Part shown: positions 60,991 to 64,000 of the stretch, one piece after another
Numbering within the stretch: position 1 is the first letter of the stretch
How the letters are laid out: the number at the start of each line of letters is the position of its first letter
Origin: Heptranchias perlo
Taxonomy: Eukaryota
Assembly (NCBI RefSeq): GCF_035084215.1
Contig: NC_090354.1
Location: forward strand, 9,672,001 to 9,736,000
Length of the DNA: 64,000 bases
Reading direction: 5' to 3'
Position numbers and translations under genes: made by a program
Notes under the pieces: model-generated
What the model was told of the DNA's origin: nothing
Database searches by the model: none
What the model saw: only the letters and a program-made list of their open reading frames with translations

Positions 60991-61924
60991 CACTGTTCTA
61001 ATGCTTAATTTTTGCAAGTGTGCTTAATGAAACATTTCTTGCCTTTTTAATTTTGCACCTAGCCAATGTCAAGCAAAACGTGCATATTGTTTGGGACAAG
61101 TGATTAGTTGTCGCTTAGAAACTGGCAATTTTGCTATCTCCAGGATTTTTTTTAATTGGAGCGCTTCAATAAATCAAGTTCCACACAGTAAGTGTGGATA
61201 TTTGTAGTTGTCACACTGCCAAATTACTTACTGTGGCAGTGGCTTAATTTTAACAATCAAAGGCCAGAAGCAAAATGGGAACAAAAAAAACAGGCTAACG
61301 TGAAAATTTCCTGATTTACAAAAGTTTGTTGTTCCCTCCTCTTTCCCTGCCCCCCCCCCCCCCCCCCCCCCCACCAAACCCCGATCAAAAAAAAAACCAA
61401 AAAGTGGTAGTACCGTGTTTATTACAATTGCTGTCACTACAAATACTTGGTGTTGGACTTTCCCATGTTCCTCATTGATACTTGATTAAAGGCGATGCCC
61501 ATCTCAAACCAAGGTCTCATAGGCCAGCTGATATATTCCAGTGCAGACCCAAACTTGCTGCTGTTGGGTTGAATACATGGGAAATTTGTGTTTTTTTTTT
61601 ACAAGCTGCCTCAATCTACGTTCATAAATTGAAAGCAAATGTTTTTAATTACTGTATTAGTGGCGCATTGGGTTTCTCCACGCAGTGAGTTTTGTTAGCT
61701 GCTGTTTTGTGAGCCTGCAAGACCTGCCATGAATGCAGAATTTAAGATTGAATCATGCAGTGTGTTCATCCACAGGTGTAGACCAAGAGGCACAAGAAAT
61801 GTATGGGTTGTTCCTTTATGTATTCATTCTGGTGTGTTCAAGTTTCAGCATTGACTTACATGATTGTTGAAACCCTGACTTGTTCTGAACTGATCATTGA
61901 GAGTGTTTCTCTTCCTGTTTACAG

Positions 61925-62101
61925 ACCCAAAGTCCGCCAGCGGAAGCTGTGGAAAGATGAAGGTCGATGGGTGCATGATAGATTCCAAGAAGATGAACAA
62001 GCACCTAAATCCCGAGATGAACTTATTGCCCTGTACGGTTATGACATTCGATCAGACAGAAATCCTGATGAAATAAGGCCGCGAAGGATAAGGAAGCCAA
62101 G
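61925..62101 (+). CDS. casc3: CASC3 coding exon 6 (SELOR/Btz domain)
   Basis: acag|A CCC AAA gives RPKVRQRKLWKDEGRWVHDRFQEDEQAPKSRDELIALYGYDIR...RRIRKP AG|gtttgc; 177 nt. Confidence 0.96.
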
Positions 62102-63266
62102 GTTTGCATATTTGTGGGAATCATTGAAGCTTTAGTGCATTGATGGAAGGAAATGTATCTGAAATTTACAGCTGTGATCCCTCAGTTGCATGTATTTCCT
62201 TTTCTTAAAGAGCATCAATTTTAATTCTTATAATATATATTTATAAATATACTTCCTCCTCCCCATCACCTCCCCCCTCAACCACCATTCCTTCACTCTC
62301 TCACCCTGCATATCCCACCCCCAACGAGCCTGATCACATTAAGGACTATGGTGGGGGCAGTTGGGGGCCTTGCAACACTGGGAGGCTTGAGAGTTTGGAA
62401 GGAATGGTCACGGGGGTTTGGTAGCATTATGGGAATGATCCTGGGCTTCTGTAACACTGGGTGGGAGTTCTGTGGTTTGGTAGCACTTGAGAGGAACTCC
62501 TAGAGTTTGGAAAGGCTTGTGTGAGGATCTGAGGTCAGTCAGTCAGTGATGAGATGAAGTGCCTGGGCTGTGGCAGGACTGGGGTCTGTCAGCAATTGGT
62601 AGGATCTCAGAGCCTGGCAACACTGGGAGGTGGATTCCAGGCTATATGAAAGCTGGTGGAGAGGCGATGGGTAGGTCGCTATTTTCTGAGGCAGTGAGGA
62701 ACCCCCCCCCCCCCGGAGGCAGGAACAGGTGAATGGCAGCAGGAGCACATGGTGGAAGTGCAAATGGACAGACGGCAGAGATGAATTTCCTATTTAAAAG
62801 AATTTGAGAGGAAAAACTACTTAGAAAAACGTATCTGCAGACTGCAAAAGCCTCAGTTGGGTGCCCAATATTCCACCTTTGTTGGAGATGGACCTCCGAG
62901 TTCTCAAATATAAGTAGCTAACTGCACCACCTACCTTGCAGACCAAGCGTGGAGGACTGAATCAGAGCCAAGTAAAGGCGAGAGGCAAACCGTTGCATGA
63001 CAAAAATAGTGTGACAGGAAGTAAGTGTGACCGTTGCACGCATTGTGCGCATGTCCAAGACTTTTGTATTGATAGATGTAATACAAAAACTTTGTGGATG
63101 TTTTCTGTCAGTTTATCCAGTGACCAGTTGGAAGAACAAGCCTGCCCTCACATTTGGCTGAAATTGGTAGTAACGTATATATCTTAAATGTTAACTTGCT
63201 GTCACCTTGATCCTTAGATATATAATTCTATCTTATGTAATTCTGTCATTATTTATGGTTTGAAAG

Positions 63267-63970
63267 GTTTAGAAGTCCTGAAAATCGAGACTCTGATTGG
63301 ATGGGTGAACCACCACCAAGGCCTTACCCGCGAAAAACTGCCAGTAGTGTACCTTCTACAAGAACTTTTAACCGAAGAATGGGAGGTCCAGAACGGAGAT
63401 CTCCAGCAAAGAGCTACTCCAGAAATGCTGCTTATTATGAAGATCGTGAGAATATGAAACCGGTTGAAATAAACAGTTCAAGGAGTTACCACTCTTCAGG
63501 AGAGTTATCCGCCAGTGAAAATAAAATGGATGTGAAGAATGTCGAGCAGGGTCATACGAGGGAGAGCGTGATTGTGACGGACAGTTTACAGTCGGTGAAG
63601 GACAACGGTGTGGCTAGAGAGGAGGCCCCCACACAAAATCAGTCTCTTCCTGCCGAGAATGTTCAGGTACAGGAGAAAATGATAGAAAAGAAATCCTATT
63701 CTCGTATTCGAAGGACCAGGAACAAGGTCGCCGAGGTGGGAAAGCCACCGGCGGTGGAGGACATTCCCGTGCCAGAATTGGTCGCTCCAGCTCAGCAGAC
63801 TCCTGTTCAACCTGTCCCTCCTCCAGTACCAAAGGCAGGCTCCTGGGAGACCCCACCTGTAGACTCTGCTATGACGGGGCTAGAGCACGAGATGACCCAA
63901 ATTAATTTATCGGGAAAAAGCTGGACGCCGAGTAATCAACCACAGTACATACAACCGAGAGAGCTACGGG
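63267..63970 (+). CDS. casc3: CASC3 coding exon 7; gene continues right of the window
   Basis: aaag|G TTT AGA AGT CCT gives FRSPENRDSDWMGE...IEKKSYSRIRRTR...GLEHEMTQINL...YIQPRELR G|gtaagt; alternative in-frame acceptor at 63273. Confidence 0.9.
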
Positions 63971-64000
63971 GTAAGTTCTGATTGATATTTCTGTTTTCTG

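Overview
Eukaryotic vertebrate DNA. The repeat content (HER1/HE1-type CR1 tails, Deu-domain tRNA SINEs, L2 and Tx1-like LINEs) points to a cartilaginous fish, most likely a shark. The window holds three spliced genes that are also neighbours in the human THRA-NR1D1-MSL1-CASC3 block. (1) The 5' part of NR1D1/Rev-erb-alpha on the minus strand: coding exons 1-4 at 10200..1149, covering the A/B region and the C4 zinc-finger DBD; the rest lies left of the window. (2) A complete MSL1 on the minus strand: 8 coding exons at 37858..23008, 1560 nt, 519 aa, plus one candidate 57-nt cassette exon. (3) The first 7 coding exons of CASC3/MLN51/Barentsz on the plus strand, 48961..63970. All exons were read by hand and have GT-AG boundaries with consistent phases. 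Non-coding highlights: clusters of clock motifs (E-box, RORE, D-box) in NR1D1 intron 1 and about 9 kb upstream; two G/C-skewed minisatellites sitting right against regulatory regions; a promoter-like module inside MSL1 intron 1; MSL1 apparently inverted relative to human; and several nested or chimeric retroelements with visible TSDs. No prokaryote-type system (CRISPR etc.) is present, and I found no clear evidence of an unknown protein-coding system. The findings are regulatory, splicing and repeat-level hypotheses. Repeat family names and comparisons with human come from recall, not from a database search.
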